DNA from: Octopus sinensis
Taxonomy: Eukaryota
Assembly: GCF_006345805.1 (NCBI RefSeq)
Contig: NC_042998.1
Coordinates: 150,226,001 to 150,290,000 of the forward strand
Direction of reading: 5' to 3'
DNA length: 64,000 nt
Shown piece by piece: positions 1 to 11,909 of this stretch. Position 1 is the first letter of the stretch. Every line of letters begins with the position of its first letter. The notes under the pieces were generated by a model. It did not search any database, was not told the origin of the DNA, and worked only from the letters and a program-made list of their open reading frames with translations. The position numbers and the translations under genes were made by a program.

Positions 1-353
1 ACCCATCATGACTACCCGTCTGATAAGGGTACACTAGGCACATGCATCACAACCATATGTGCGCGACATGGTGATCTCATATCAAGATAAACAGCACATG
101 ACCTTGCAGGTGGGGCCCAGTTAGAATTTTCTTCTGGTCGAGTAGCCCATCCCGCTCAAAAGATCCCTGAATAAGGGTTGTTTAAGGATGTTGAACGAAA
201 CACCCATGTTTCCAGAGGTGAATTATTCAAACCCCAAAGAATCTCTCTCAACACATGGCTATGATGCTCCCCCACTACTTCTGCTCATGATCAGAGATGC
301 ACATATCGTCAGCCACTAAGGGACATGCTCAACTGGTTAAGGTCAAACAACTG

Positions 354-354
<1 letters not shown>
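1..354 (-). mobile_element. 5'-truncated copy of non-coding (TAA)n-associated retroposon 3' end (family D2)
   Basis: Reverse complement of part of 36391-36931. The truncated end abuts (TTA)n at 355; the other end is cut by the window edge. Confidence 0.75.
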
Positions 355-410
<56 letters not shown>

Positions 411-412
<2 letters not shown>

Positions 413-641
413 CATTCAGTAGTCTTATTTTTACAACGTGCTTTCTGCGCTACCGAGCACAGCTCTGTGTGCCTTGGGTATGTGCTGTGGTTTGCTGTGA
501 CGCTCTCATTTTTACTGTATTGAAAGTGTTTTACGTAGGATGTCTGCGGTGCCTAGCAGAGCTATTTTCTGTATGTTATATTTACTTGTTAATCCTGGTG
601 TTTTTGTTGCGTATTTGTCTGAATATTGTTTTATCATACCT
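411..641 (-). mobile_element. R4/Dong-type LINE 3' fragment (family D1)
   Basis: Reverse complement of the ORF end and 3' UTR of 13496-15063, without the SINE. Flanked on both sides by (TTA)n. Confidence 0.8.
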
Positions 642-1020
642 ACTTATTATTATTATTATTATTATTATTGTATTATTATTATATTATTATTATATTATTA
701 TTATTATATTATTATTATTATTATTATTATTATATTATTATATTATTATCATTATTATTATTATTATTTATTTCATTTCATTTTTTCCTGTCTCATCTCC
801 ATGAGGGAATTTAGATGGGTTTAGTTTAGGATAACAAGTTACAACCAGTAACCTCAGCCACCCAAGATCTTTCCAATGATTTTCGTCATTCCTAAAACCA
901 GGTCAGTTGCATGAAGTCTATGTACTTCTGCCAATCTTTTCTGTCTACTCCTTAAACCTCTTCCTTGTCGCTGCAATGACAAATAATACGACCTTACTTT
1001 TTCTGCAACTCAACAGTTTG

Positions 1021-1086
<66 letters not shown>

Positions 1087-1228
1087 CAGGTCCTGGTATA
1101 TGTCTATCTTGTTCATTTCTTCTTTTATTCTTGCATCAAATTGATATGCACATCGAGTCTGTTCCCTCTTCTCCAACAGCGAGCGCTCTGGTTTCTTAGC
1201 TTTATTATTATTATTATTATTATTATTA

Positions 1229-1266
<38 letters not shown>

Positions 1267-1597
1267 GTTAAAAACAGAGAATATATATATTTCACTATAG
1301 TAGACATATACATTACTTTTCTATGATTTAGGCTCATGCCGAAAAGCTAATTCTTCGGAGTATTACAAGTCAGTAACTACCTGCATACTGTAATTAATAA
1401 AGATTGCGCTTCAACGAGGGTTTGAAAACTCCTTACATCTGATAAATGATCGTTTAGCATGAAACTTTGAGTCATAAAACTGTACTACTAGATCTTTAAC
1501 ATATCAAGACTAAACATATCTTCCATGTAGGTATGTGCATGTGTGAATGTGTGTGTGTTTGAGTGTGTCTGTGGATATGTGTGTTAGTATTTGTCAT

Positions 1598-1632
<35 letters not shown>

Positions 1633-1781
1633 GTATGTATATGTATATGTGTATGTATGTATATAGATATATATATATATATACACATACATTATATATT
1701 ATATAATGACAAATACTAACTCCCATATCCACAGACACACTCAAATATGTATATACATATATGTATGTGCGTATCTTTATA

Positions 1782-1864
<83 letters not shown>

Positions 1865-1895
1865 TAAAAAAAGGAGATGTCGAACACGAGTGGTG

Positions 1896-1992
1896 ATATA
1901 TAAAAAAGGAAATGAAGAAAATGCTGACAAATAATTGAAGTAAATTACTTCAATTATTTGTCAGCATTTTCTTCATTTCCTTTTTTATATAT
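1896..1992. repeat. Perfect palindrome, 48-bp arms, 1-nt spacer
   Basis: 1896-1943 is the exact reverse complement of 1945-1992. Confidence 0.95.
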
Positions 1993-2007
1993 ATACATAT
2001 ATACATA

Positions 2008-2228
2008 TATACTATTTTACTTGTTACTTGTTTATCTTTATTTGAGTGCCGCCATATTAGAACACCGCCTTTTAGTTGAACAAATCGACCCCAGAACTTA
2101 TTCTTTGTAAGCCTAGTATTTATTCTATCAGTCTCTTTTGCCAAGCAGTTAAGTTACGGGGACGTTAACACACCAACATCGGTTGTAAAGCGACGGTGGG
2201 GGCCTAACACAGATACACAAACATATAC

Positions 2229-2259
<31 letters not shown>

Positions 2260-2552
2260 TGACAGGCTTTTTTCAGTTTCTGTCTTCCAAATCCACTAAC
2301 AAGACTTTGATCAACATGAGGCCATAGTAGAAGACACTTGCCCAGAGTAAGACTGAACCCGGAACCATGTGGTTAGGATGAAAGCTCCTTACCATACAGC
2401 CACGGGCTTCTTTCAGTTTTCGTCAACCAAATCCATTCACAAGGCTTTGATCGACCTGAGACTATAGTAGAAGACACTTGGCCAAGGTGTCACGCAGCAG
2501 GACTCAACCCGGGACCATGTAGTTGGGAAGCAAGCTTATTACCACGCAGCCC
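2008..2552 (-). mobile_element. tRNA-derived SINE family A (full copy plus an extra 5' half)
   Basis: Minus strand has a tRNA-like head (box-B-like GGTTCAGTC), a CORE-like block, an internal (TA)n and the family 3' end. A second head half lies at 2404-2552. Confidence 0.85.
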
Positions 2553-3029
2553 CAAAAAGAAATTCCTTTAGAGTAATCCCCATTCTGTTAACACTACTTG
2601 CATCAGTCTGTGCTTTGACGAAGATACCTACCAACGCCATATGGCGTGATGGCATCGGCGAGTGATACCTGACAGGTTCGTGACGACTCCTCAAATCAGT
2701 AATTTTTACGCTCCGTCTGGAGTCTTTCCTTCCGATGAAAATGAAATAGATTCATTTCCGTTTGTGACCCTGCGAGGTGAGAAATCGTAAAAAACCAAAT
2801 GCTTAAATAACAAAATTTGGAAATAGTTTGACAAACAGACAGATATAGGCAGATAGGCAGATAGACAGATAGACAGATGGATAGATAGATGAACAGATAA
2901 AAATATAGATCGATAATTCGACGCGAAAAGTAAAACAACATGGAGGGAATAATAAATAATATATAAAGAATGCGAGTAGTTCGATAGGTAGGTGAATGGG
3001 TGGGTTAGAGTATAATGATATATTGATCG

Positions 3030-3071
<42 letters not shown>

Positions 3072-3217
3072 AAGGTAGATAGGTGGCGCCAGTGTAGGGG
3101 GGGAAATGGATAAAAACAATCAATAAATGTAGTAAAGTGCCGACTTTACGTTGATGCAATAAACTATATATTTATCCTGATATACTGCCTGTATATGTGT
3201 GTATATATATATATGTT

Positions 3218-3316
<99 letters not shown>

Positions 3317-3357
3317 TACATATATATATATATATAATATATATATATATATGTTTG

Positions 3358-3393
<36 letters not shown>

Positions 3394-3784
3394 TTATATA
3401 TATATATATGATTATTATATACATATATGTGTGTGTAGTACCTACGTACGTTTGTATGTATATATGTATGTATGTATAAATATATATATACATATATCTC
3501 CTTTATATATATATATATATATATATATATCGTATGGAATCTGCTTTTGTATTTTCGTATCATATTCGTTTATTGTCTGTACATAAATACATACGTAAGT
3601 GTGTGTGTGAGTGCGGTCTGTGTTTATATTTTTATTGCTAGTAAAATATCAATATAATATTTATGTACCACATATATTGTTTATTTCGCACCAACACAAA
3701 CAAGCTCTGACAATCACACACACACATAGACACATATGTACATATGTATACATACATACATACATACATACATGCATGCATACA

Positions 3785-3817
<33 letters not shown>

Positions 3818-3951
3818 GTATACATATATGTATTTGAACTTATATATGCATGTTCATATCTATATTTATATGCATATATATGCGTAATATAATATATATA
3901 TAGATATATACGCGATAAAGTATCTTTATTATATATATAATGTGCATTATA

Positions 3952-4051
3952 NNNNNNNNNNNNNNNNNNNNNNNNNNNNNNNNNNNNNNNNNNNNNNNNN
4001 NNNNNNNNNNNNNNNNNNNNNNNNNNNNNNNNNNNNNNNNNNNNNNNNNNN
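3952..4051. other. Assembly gap (100 N)
   Basis: Run of N. Confidence 1.
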
Positions 4052-4059
4052 TAAAAATA

Positions 4060-4543
4060 TCCGTGGGAAAACAAAAGAAGATGAAAGGGTAATGTCGGTG
4101 TTTTAATTATTGGAGAAAATTATTGCGGGGAGTGGGGAGGGAGGATATTGGGGAAGTACGGTGAAATAATTGAAATGGGTAAGTAAGAAAGAGAGGAAAA
4201 AAGAAAGAGGAAAATAACAGCGAAAAATGATAAAAAACAAAAATAGGACAGATTATAGACAGTAAAAATAAAGAAAACAGTAGGAAGGAAGGAAGGAAGG
4301 AAGGAAGGAAGGAAAATGAAGAGAAATAGTAAAAAGACGAGAAATGAGAAAAATTAAGAAAGCAAAACGAAGAAGTAATATTGTGAGCAAAACACACGAA
4401 GAGAATAAATAAATAAAATATATAAAAGAATGAAAGAATTAAAATATGGTATAGAGAAGGGGGAAAGGAAAGGAAGACGGGAAAGAAATTAAAGGAAAAC
4501 ATAAAATGAAACAAATATAAAGATGAAAACGATAAAGTAAAAA

Positions 4544-4574
<31 letters not shown>

Positions 4575-4579
4575 GAAAA

Positions 4580-4610
<31 letters not shown>

Positions 4611-6010
4611 GAAGGAAGGAAGGAAGGAAGGAAGAAAGAACAAAATAAAAAGAAGGAAAGAAAGAAAGAAAGAAAGGAAGACAAGAAAAGGAAAGAAGGA
4701 AAGAAAGAAAGAAAGGAAGAAAGAAAGAAAGGAAGGAAAGAAAGAAAGAAATTAAGAAAAAACAAGGAAAATAAGAAAGAAACGAAAAGAAGGGGATACA
4801 ATGTGTGAAAAGAAATTCGAAAGAAAGAATTGTAAAACGGTAAGAAAAATGTGAAAAATAAAAATAGAATGGGGAAGAATTTTAACAGGAAAGCAAAGTT
4901 ATGTTGGAATAGGTAAAGAATGAATAATTGATAGTAAGACCTGGCCAAGGAATGGATGAACGAAAATTTAAGAGAATGAAAGGCAGACAGAAAAGAAGGG
5001 TAAAATAAAATAAGAAATATTTCTTTAAATAGATTAAAAGAATAAAGAGAAGAAAGAAAAAGGACGGACATTACGAGAAGAAAAAGAATTAAGATTAAAA
5101 GAAAGGAAATAATGAAAATAGGTAAAGACAATAAAAAGGTTAAAAGGAATAAAAAATATGTAAAAGTGAAAAGCAACAAAAAGAGAAGGATGGTAAAAAT
5201 ACAGAAAAAAATGGAGAGGTTGAAAAAATTTTATAGAGTTGGTTCCGTTAAATAATCCCTTCCACTTTGGGGCACAAAGCCAGTAATTTTGAGGAGAGAG
5301 CAAGACCTCAGTGTTCAGCTGGTACTTATTTTATTGACACCAAATGGATGAAAGGCAAAGTCGGCCTCGACATAATTTGAAACTCAGATCGTAAGGACCG
5401 ACGAAACACCGCGAAGCATTTTGTCCGGCGTGCTACTTATTTGCAAGTTCGCCGCCATGTTTGGTTAAATAATAAAGGAAATTTTAAAAATGGAAAATTA
5501 AATGATTAGAAGAAAGGAAGGAATAGTAGAAGAGAGAGAGGGGGAGAAAAGAGAAGAAGCATGAAGTACGAAACAAAATGGAAATTTCAAGAAGGGAGAT
5601 AATGAAAAAAGCTCAAAAGAGGAAGAAGGGAAAGGGAGGTAAAAATTTATGAAAACAAAAATTTATAAAAACAAGAAATTTATGAAAACAAAAAGAGAAG
5701 GAAAATTAGAAGGTGAAAAGGAAGAAAAGAGAAAGAAAAAGAAAAGAGAAAGAAAGAAGGAAAGAAAGAAGGAAATAAGGAAGGACGGAAGGAAAGTAAG
5801 AAAGAAAGAAAGGAAGGAAGAAAGTAAAAATAAAGAAAGAAAGAAAGGAAAAAGAAAGAAAGAAAAGACGAGAAGATTAAAAAATGGGAAGAAAGGGGAA
5901 AAGAACAATGTCAAAATGTGGTGAAATGAAACAAAACTGAACGGAATGAAAGATGGAATGATAATAATAAAATAAGCAAAAGGAATCAAAGAATAATTAA
6001 AAGAACGTTT
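4060..6010 (+). repeat. Purine-rich low-complexity tract, (AAAG)n/(GGAA)n
   Basis: About 2 kb of strongly A/G-skewed sequence. The F/S/L-rich minus-strand ORFs are artefacts of it. Confidence 0.9.
5310..5458 (-). mobile_element. SINE family C, degenerate
   Basis: Reverse-complement similarity to 14788-14930. Confidence 0.7.
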
Positions 6011-6079
6011 ATGGGTCCGCATGTCTGTATGTGTGCGTGCGCGCGCGCGTGTGTGTTTATTACTTGCGTACAGTATGTA

Positions 6080-6322
6080 TGTATGACTCTTCTATTTTCT
6101 AATTATTATGAATCTTCAGCTGGGGTGGGAGCCGGTTTCCAACAAAGATACAAGGCTCAATCTTTGGGATGTAGTTAACACAGACATATTCACATTTGGA
6201 ACTTGAGAAAAGTCTTGCATATTTTTACAGTTCCGCTCACAGATTGTACCTGTAATGTACGAATTTGCCGGTCGATTTCTCTTTCATAAAATCCCAGTTT
6301 ATCCAGATTCTCCTTTAAGCAT
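6080..6322 (-). mobile_element. RLE-type (R2 superfamily) LINE 3' end
   Basis: Translates LKENLDKLGFYEREIDRQIRTLQVQSVSGTVKICKTFLKFQM*, then a short UTR. (CATA)n lies at both ends. Confidence 0.65.
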
Positions 6323-6544
6323 GTGTATGCATGCATGTATGTATGTATGTATGTATGTATGTATGTATGTATGTATGTATGTATGTATGTATGTATGAAA
6401 AAGTGTATGCATGTATGGATAGCCAAAAAGATGGATTGGTGGACAGAGAAAAAGGAAAGACGAAAGAAGGAAAACATCAGATAGCAAGAAAGTAATGAAG
6501 GAAAGAAAGCTTGTTGAAAGCAAGAAAAAGTTTGGTGGTAAGAA

Positions 6545-6604
<60 letters not shown>

Positions 6605-6772
6605 ACGAAAGAAAGAACATGAATGACAAGTTAGAAAGGATAGAGAAAGAGAAGGAAAGAAAGACAAAGAGAAAATAATATAACCAGCAAAACTTTAAAA
6701 ATGAAATTATAAGAGTGGCTGTGTGCTAGATATAAGTGCAGGAATGGTTGTGTGGTAAGAATAGGCGCAGGA

Positions 6773-7176
6773 GTTGGCAGAAACGTTAGCACGCCGGGCG
6801 AAATGCTTAGCGGTATTTCGTCTGCCGTTTCGTTCTGAGTTCAAATTCCGCCGAGGTCGACTTTGCCTTTCATCCTTTCGGCGTCGATTAAATATGTACC
6901 AGTTACGCACTGAGGTCGATATAATCGACTTAATCCGTTTGTCTGTCCTTATTTGTCCTCTCTGTGTTAGACCCTTGTGGGTAGTAAAGAAATAGGTATT
7001 TCGTCTGCCACTATATTCTGATTTCAAATTCCACCGAGGTCGACTTTGCCTTTCATTCTTTCGGGGTCGATTAAATAAGTACCAGTTACGCACTGGAGTC
7101 GATATAATCGACTTAATCCGTTTGTCTGTCCTTGTTTGTCCTCTCCGTGTGTAGCCCCTTGTGGGCAGTAAAGAAA
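6773..7176 (+). mobile_element. SINE family C tandem dimer with 17-bp TSD
   Basis: Units are about 6773-6994 and 6995-7176. TAAGAATAGGCGCAGGA is duplicated at 6756-6772 and 7177-7193. Confidence 0.85.
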
Positions 7177-7182
7177 TAAGAA

Positions 7183-7548
7183 TAGGCGCAGGAATGACTG
7201 TGTTGTAAGTAGCTTCTTCCCAACCACATGGTTCCGGGTTCAGTCCCACTGCGTGGCACCTTGGGCAAGTGTCTTCTACTATAGCTTCGAGCAGACCAAA
7301 TCCTTTTGAGTGGATTTGGTAGACGGAAACTGAAAGAAGCCCGTCGTATATGTATATATATATATGTCTGTGTTTGTGCCCCCAAGCATCGCTTGACAAC
7401 CGATGATGCTGGTATGCTTATGTTCTCGTAACTTTGCGGTTCGGCAAAAGAGACCCATAGAATAAGTACTAGGGGTCGATATGCTCGACTAAAGGCTGGT
7501 GCTCCAGCATGGCCACAGTCAAATGAATGAAACAAGTAAAAGAATAAA
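7183..7548 (+). mobile_element. SINE family A
   Basis: Head with GGTTCCGGGTTCAGTCCCACTGCGTGGCACCTTGGGCAAGTGTCTT; 3' end CAAATGAATGAAACAAGTAAAAGA. Confidence 0.9.
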
Positions 7549-8151
7549 GGAATGAATGAAATAGTGCAATGATTGAAATACTGAAAGAGGGAATGAGGAA
7601 AGAGAGAAGTAAGAAGAATGCTATAAATATATATATCATAGAAAGATAACGCAGAGGGAAAAACTAGGGAGTAGTTATGAATGGGGATGAGAAAGAATAT
7701 GAAGACAAGAAGATGGAGAGTTAAAACAAGAGGTAAGATTACAGTGTGGAGGTTTTGCGTGTGTGTGAGTGTGTGTGTATGTGTGTGAGTGTGTGTGCGT
7801 GTGTGTGAATATGTAGGTGCGTGATTAAGTTTCGATGAGAGCGAGTGATTGGTAATGTAAAAATATGCGTTTGTGAATGCAAGTGTATTTATGTGAGCAT
7901 GAATATGCGAATGCATATATGCACATATGTGAATTTATTAAAATATCTGTGTGGATGTGAGTATATGTAGGTATGAATGTATGTATTAGATATTGTGTAT
8001 ATGTGCGTGTGAGTGTGTGTGTATGTGTCACTAATGAATACCTGTGCATTTGCATGTGAGTACTTATAAATGCATGTGTGTCTTTTGTATACATACACAC
8101 ATACACCATACACAGACACACATATGTATACATATATATAATCTTTAACCC

Positions 8152-8375
8152 TTTTCAGTCATTTGACTGCGGCCAAACTGGAGTACCACCTTTTAATCGA
8201 ATAAATTGACCCAAGATTGATAGAATAAGTATTAGCCTACAAAAATATCTTTGTAAGCTTAGTACTTATTCTATCGGTGCTTTTGGCCGATCCGATAAGT
8301 TACGGGGACATAAACATACCAACATCAGTTGTCAAGCGATGGTGGAGGAACAAACACAGACACACAAATACATAT
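8152..8375 (-). mobile_element. SINE family A 3' half
   Basis: Similar to 21832-22050. Confidence 0.75.
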
Positions 8376-8389
8376 CCAAATTTAAAATT

Positions 8390-8870
8390 CACCTGAAAAG
8401 CCACAGATCTCCTTTCAGGGTCCCGAAGAGATGCAACACAACAACACTCGCAGAATACTAGGGCGCCTAAAGGACGATCATACGCCCTTTAGCATCAGGT
8501 GGAAATTACTAGAAACTTGTGGACCCTATTGCAATGGAACAAGACTAAGTAAATTTTGTATGGCAGAAAAATATATAATCCTTATGAAGTCACATGAGCC
8601 AGGGGGCTACCTGAACTTCAGGACGGAAGCTGTGGGGAGTTGTCCACATTTTCGGAAATTTTTACTTCAAAATAGGAAAACCTAACTATCAAGCGAAGGA
8701 AGACAACTCGCCCGGCCATAATTTCTTCAGAGGAATATTTCTTCAACTGTCACCGGCGTTCTTGTGTTTTTAAAAAACATTCTTTGCAGAGAACAGTTAT
8801 CATTTAGAGAAACTGAAGACATGTCTAGTTCACACTAGTTTTCTAAAACTGTTATTTTACACATACAGAA
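8390..8870 (+). mobile_element. PLE GIY-YIG endonuclease C-terminal fragment plus 3' UTR
   Basis: ORF 8431-8685 (LKDDHTPFSIRWKLLETCGPY...FCMAEKYII...LNFRTEAVGSCPHFRKFLL) aligns by eye to the C-terminus of the 58638-59069 protein. Confidence 0.7.
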
Positions 8871-9269
8871 ATATATATATTTCAGCAATATCATATCTTC
8901 TCCATTATTTCAGTATTACGTGTTAAAAGAGAAACAAAAACATCTCTCTATTGTAATGCAGACATTCACTTTAATACTGAAACTATTAAAGTGAAAGTAT
9001 TATTTAACAGGGATGAACCATTAACAGTGGTCATCCATTTTGCTAGAAGATCCGCTATGGTCTTATATGCTACACCACTGGTTTTCAATTCATATTAATC
9101 AAATTAATATTCAATTTTCCACCCTTATTATGTGTGTGTGCGTGTATTAGCAATTCCTATAAAATTGCATCAATGACTTGAACTTGAATAATGGGGATAA
9201 ATTAAAAAGGTTTGTTGTTATTATTATTACTGTTTGACTATTGTAATCACATTTGTTGGTTCCTCGTCA

Positions 9270-9660
9270 GGGAAACGTTGTTGTGTTGCATTTGTTAAAT
9301 AATTGTAAACCGTAACCCTCCCCCTTTCGGAGAAGAGGCTTTGGTTATTGTTTAAAACTTGAATCGTGTCCCTGTTTGGGGAAATTGACAATATTTTCAC
9401 CGTCTTTACGGAAGCATTTTTGTTAAAATGCCTTCGATAGAAGAAAGTCCAAAAATGAATTTCGCTGCAGCCGTACACTTCTGTACAAGAGGGAGGACAA
9501 GATCCAATTGATCAAGAGACGGACCTACAATTCCAGTCTGTTATATATTTTGAGTATTGTTATCACTAGCGATATCAAGGTATAACTTTGTATTTTGTAT
9601 TTTATGTGTAGATGTATATATGTAGATGTACATGTAATATGTACACATATATATACACAT
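9270..9660 (+). mobile_element. Internally deleted duplicate of 10897-11740
   Basis: 9270-9470 matches 10897-11100, and 9475-9660 matches about 11525-11730. Confidence 0.8.
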
Positions 9661-9725
9661 ATATACATACATAATATATCTACCCATACACACATACGCA
9701 CACGCACACACACACACACATACAT

Positions 9726-9862
9726 AGGGGCAGGTGTGGTTGTGTGGTAACAAACTACGTTCCAAACACATGGTCCTGGGTTCAGTCCCACTGTGTGGTG
9801 ACTTGGCGTGTGTCTTCTGCTGTAGCCTCAGACCAACAAAAGCCTTCTCAGTGGATTTTGTA
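9726..9862 (+). mobile_element. SINE family A 5' half (variant subfamily)
   Basis: tRNA-like head. Nearly the same variant occurs, reverse-complemented, at 48000-48135. Confidence 0.75.
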
Positions 9863-10202
9863 CATATATACAGGCATACATACATATATATATATACATG
9901 CATACGTACATATTCGGCATAAACACTCTACCACTACAACTAATAACTGTTGGGAACACTTTCAAACCTGCCTTACATTCGAACAGGAATCTCAAAAACA
10001 TTGTCCCCTTACATCTCATTCTCATTTCATTCCCAACACAGGGAAATAAAACTTACTTCTCACTACGGGACAATGGAAGATGGTAACAGATATTTACCGC
10101 ATGCTACCTTATCAAGTGAAGTATATTGTCATCCACTTCACTCTAACCTTCATAGCGTACGGACAATTCAAACGACCCACACCACTATACCACCACTGAT
10201 AC

Positions 10203-10898
10203 CTTCCGGACCAGCTGCAGGCCTACAGAACTATTCTTAACAGTGTACGCCAACGCGAGGGACGAATCTTCTTCCTCGATGCTCCTGGAGGGACAGGAAA
10301 AACATTTATTACAAAGCTTCTCCTTGCAGAAGTTAGGTAGCATCAGAACATTGCAGTAGCTGTAGCCTCCTCTGGCATTGCAGCTACTTTGTTACCCGGT
10401 GGCAGGACATCACACTCAACTTTTAAACTCCCTCTCAATTTAGCAGCATCCGAAATGCCTTCATGCAACATCAACAAAAGCTCAGATCAGGGACAAGTAC
10501 TTAAAATGTGTCATCTAATTGTCTGGGATGAGTCCACTATGGCTCACAAGGGGGCTTTGGAAGCATTAGATAGAGCCCTGAAAGACATCCGAGACTGTCA
10601 GGCTCCAATGGGAGGTGTAACGCTTCTGTTGTCAGGTGATTTCAGGCAAACTCTTCCTGTCATTCCGAAAGGCACTAGAGCAGATGAAGTCCAAGCCTGC
10701 CTAAAGTTCTCTACCCTGTGGCATCATGTTACAATCCTCAGTCTCACCACTAACATGAGAGCTCAGCTACACGGCGACAACATGTCCACAAAGCCTGCAC
10801 AGGACATTTTGACACTTGGTGAAGGCAAGATGCCTCTCAATGCTGCAGGACAAATGGAAGTGTGGTCATTTTCTTCTGTTGTTAATTCAAAAACGTAA
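10203..10898 (+). pseudogene. Helitron RepHel PIF1-family helicase fragment
   Basis: Walker A DAPGGTGKT (10278-10304), ASSGIAATLLPGGRTSHSTFKLP, Walker B IVWDES, GDFRQTLPV, LTTNMR. In-frame TAG at 10338; no introns; truncated at both ends. Confidence 0.88.
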
Positions 10899-11740
10899 GG
10901 GAAACGTTGTTGTGTTGCATTTGTTAAATAATTGTAAACCGTAACCCTCCCCCTTTTGGAGAAGGAGCTTTGGTTATTGTTTAAAAATTGAATTGTGTCC
11001 CTGCTTGGAGAAACTAACAATATTTTCACCGTTTATAGGGAAGCATTTTTGGTAAAATGTCTTCGATAGAAGAAAGTCCAAAAATGAATTTCGCTGCAGC
11101 CACCGGCGGGCGCGAACTCATTATAATTAAAATGGAAGAAATACAAACCTATTTCGGATTGATCACCGACAAAGACGGTGAATCTAGGATAACACCACCA
11201 AACGAAATAAAAAATTAAATTAAAGAAAAGACTACTGTCTATAAAGTATACAATGTAGGGGAAAAAGATTTGAACACCTGGAGGAAAGCACCATTGAAAA
11301 GTGTCTTGGTGCGACTATGAAAGATATCAAGTATCTAACCAGAGGCGGTAAATCCGCCACAATAAAAGCAAGGTTCGAGTCATCGGAGCGTGCAAGGGAG
11401 TACTCGACTCGAACCTTGCAAAGTGGTAATATTTTATTTTTACCTTTATACCTGGGACTTAGGACGTCTCGGATAAAAATTTTAAATGTCCCCCCAGAAG
11501 TAGAGGTAGGTTGGATTGTAGCCTCACTTCTATACAAGAGGGAGGACAAGATACAATTGATCGAAATTGCAAGAAACAGGCCTACAATTCCAGTCTGTTA
11601 TATATTTTGAGTATTGTTATCAGAAGCGATATCAGGATATAACTTTGTATTTTGTATTTTATGTGTAGCTGTATATATATATTATCATAAGAGATATATA
11701 GATGTACATGTAATATGTACACATATATATATACATGCAC
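10897..11740 (+). mobile_element. LINE 5' UTR plus ORF1-like fragment (L1/Tx1-like, tentative)
   Basis: Frameshifted reading ...TMKDIKYLTRGGKSATIKARFESSERA...RTSRIKILNVPPEVEVGWIVASLL resembles RRM-type ORF1 proteins. No ORF2 follows. Confidence 0.4.
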
Positions 11741-11872
11741 TAGCACTATGACCCGGCAATACCTAGTCATAATGCTAGTACATATATATATATATTTAAG
11801 AAAAAAGCAACAACGTGAGGACGTGGTACATGCAAGGTGTTAATAAGACGCTCACGGAAGCAAAGAACGGTG

Positions 11873-11909
11873 TTTTTTACGTGTCGAGCAAAGCTCTTCT
11901 TCAGAAAAA
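11873..11909 (-). ncRNA. Minimal type I hammerhead-like motif (degenerate) in a PLE-type terminal repeat
   Basis: TTTT CTGAAGA A GAGC TTT GCTC GACA C G TA AAAA; GAAA is mutated to GACA. Confidence 0.5.

Noticed and set aside
10203-10898. Host PIF1 gene
   Set aside because: Intronless, truncated, with an in-frame stop and Helitron-type motif wording.
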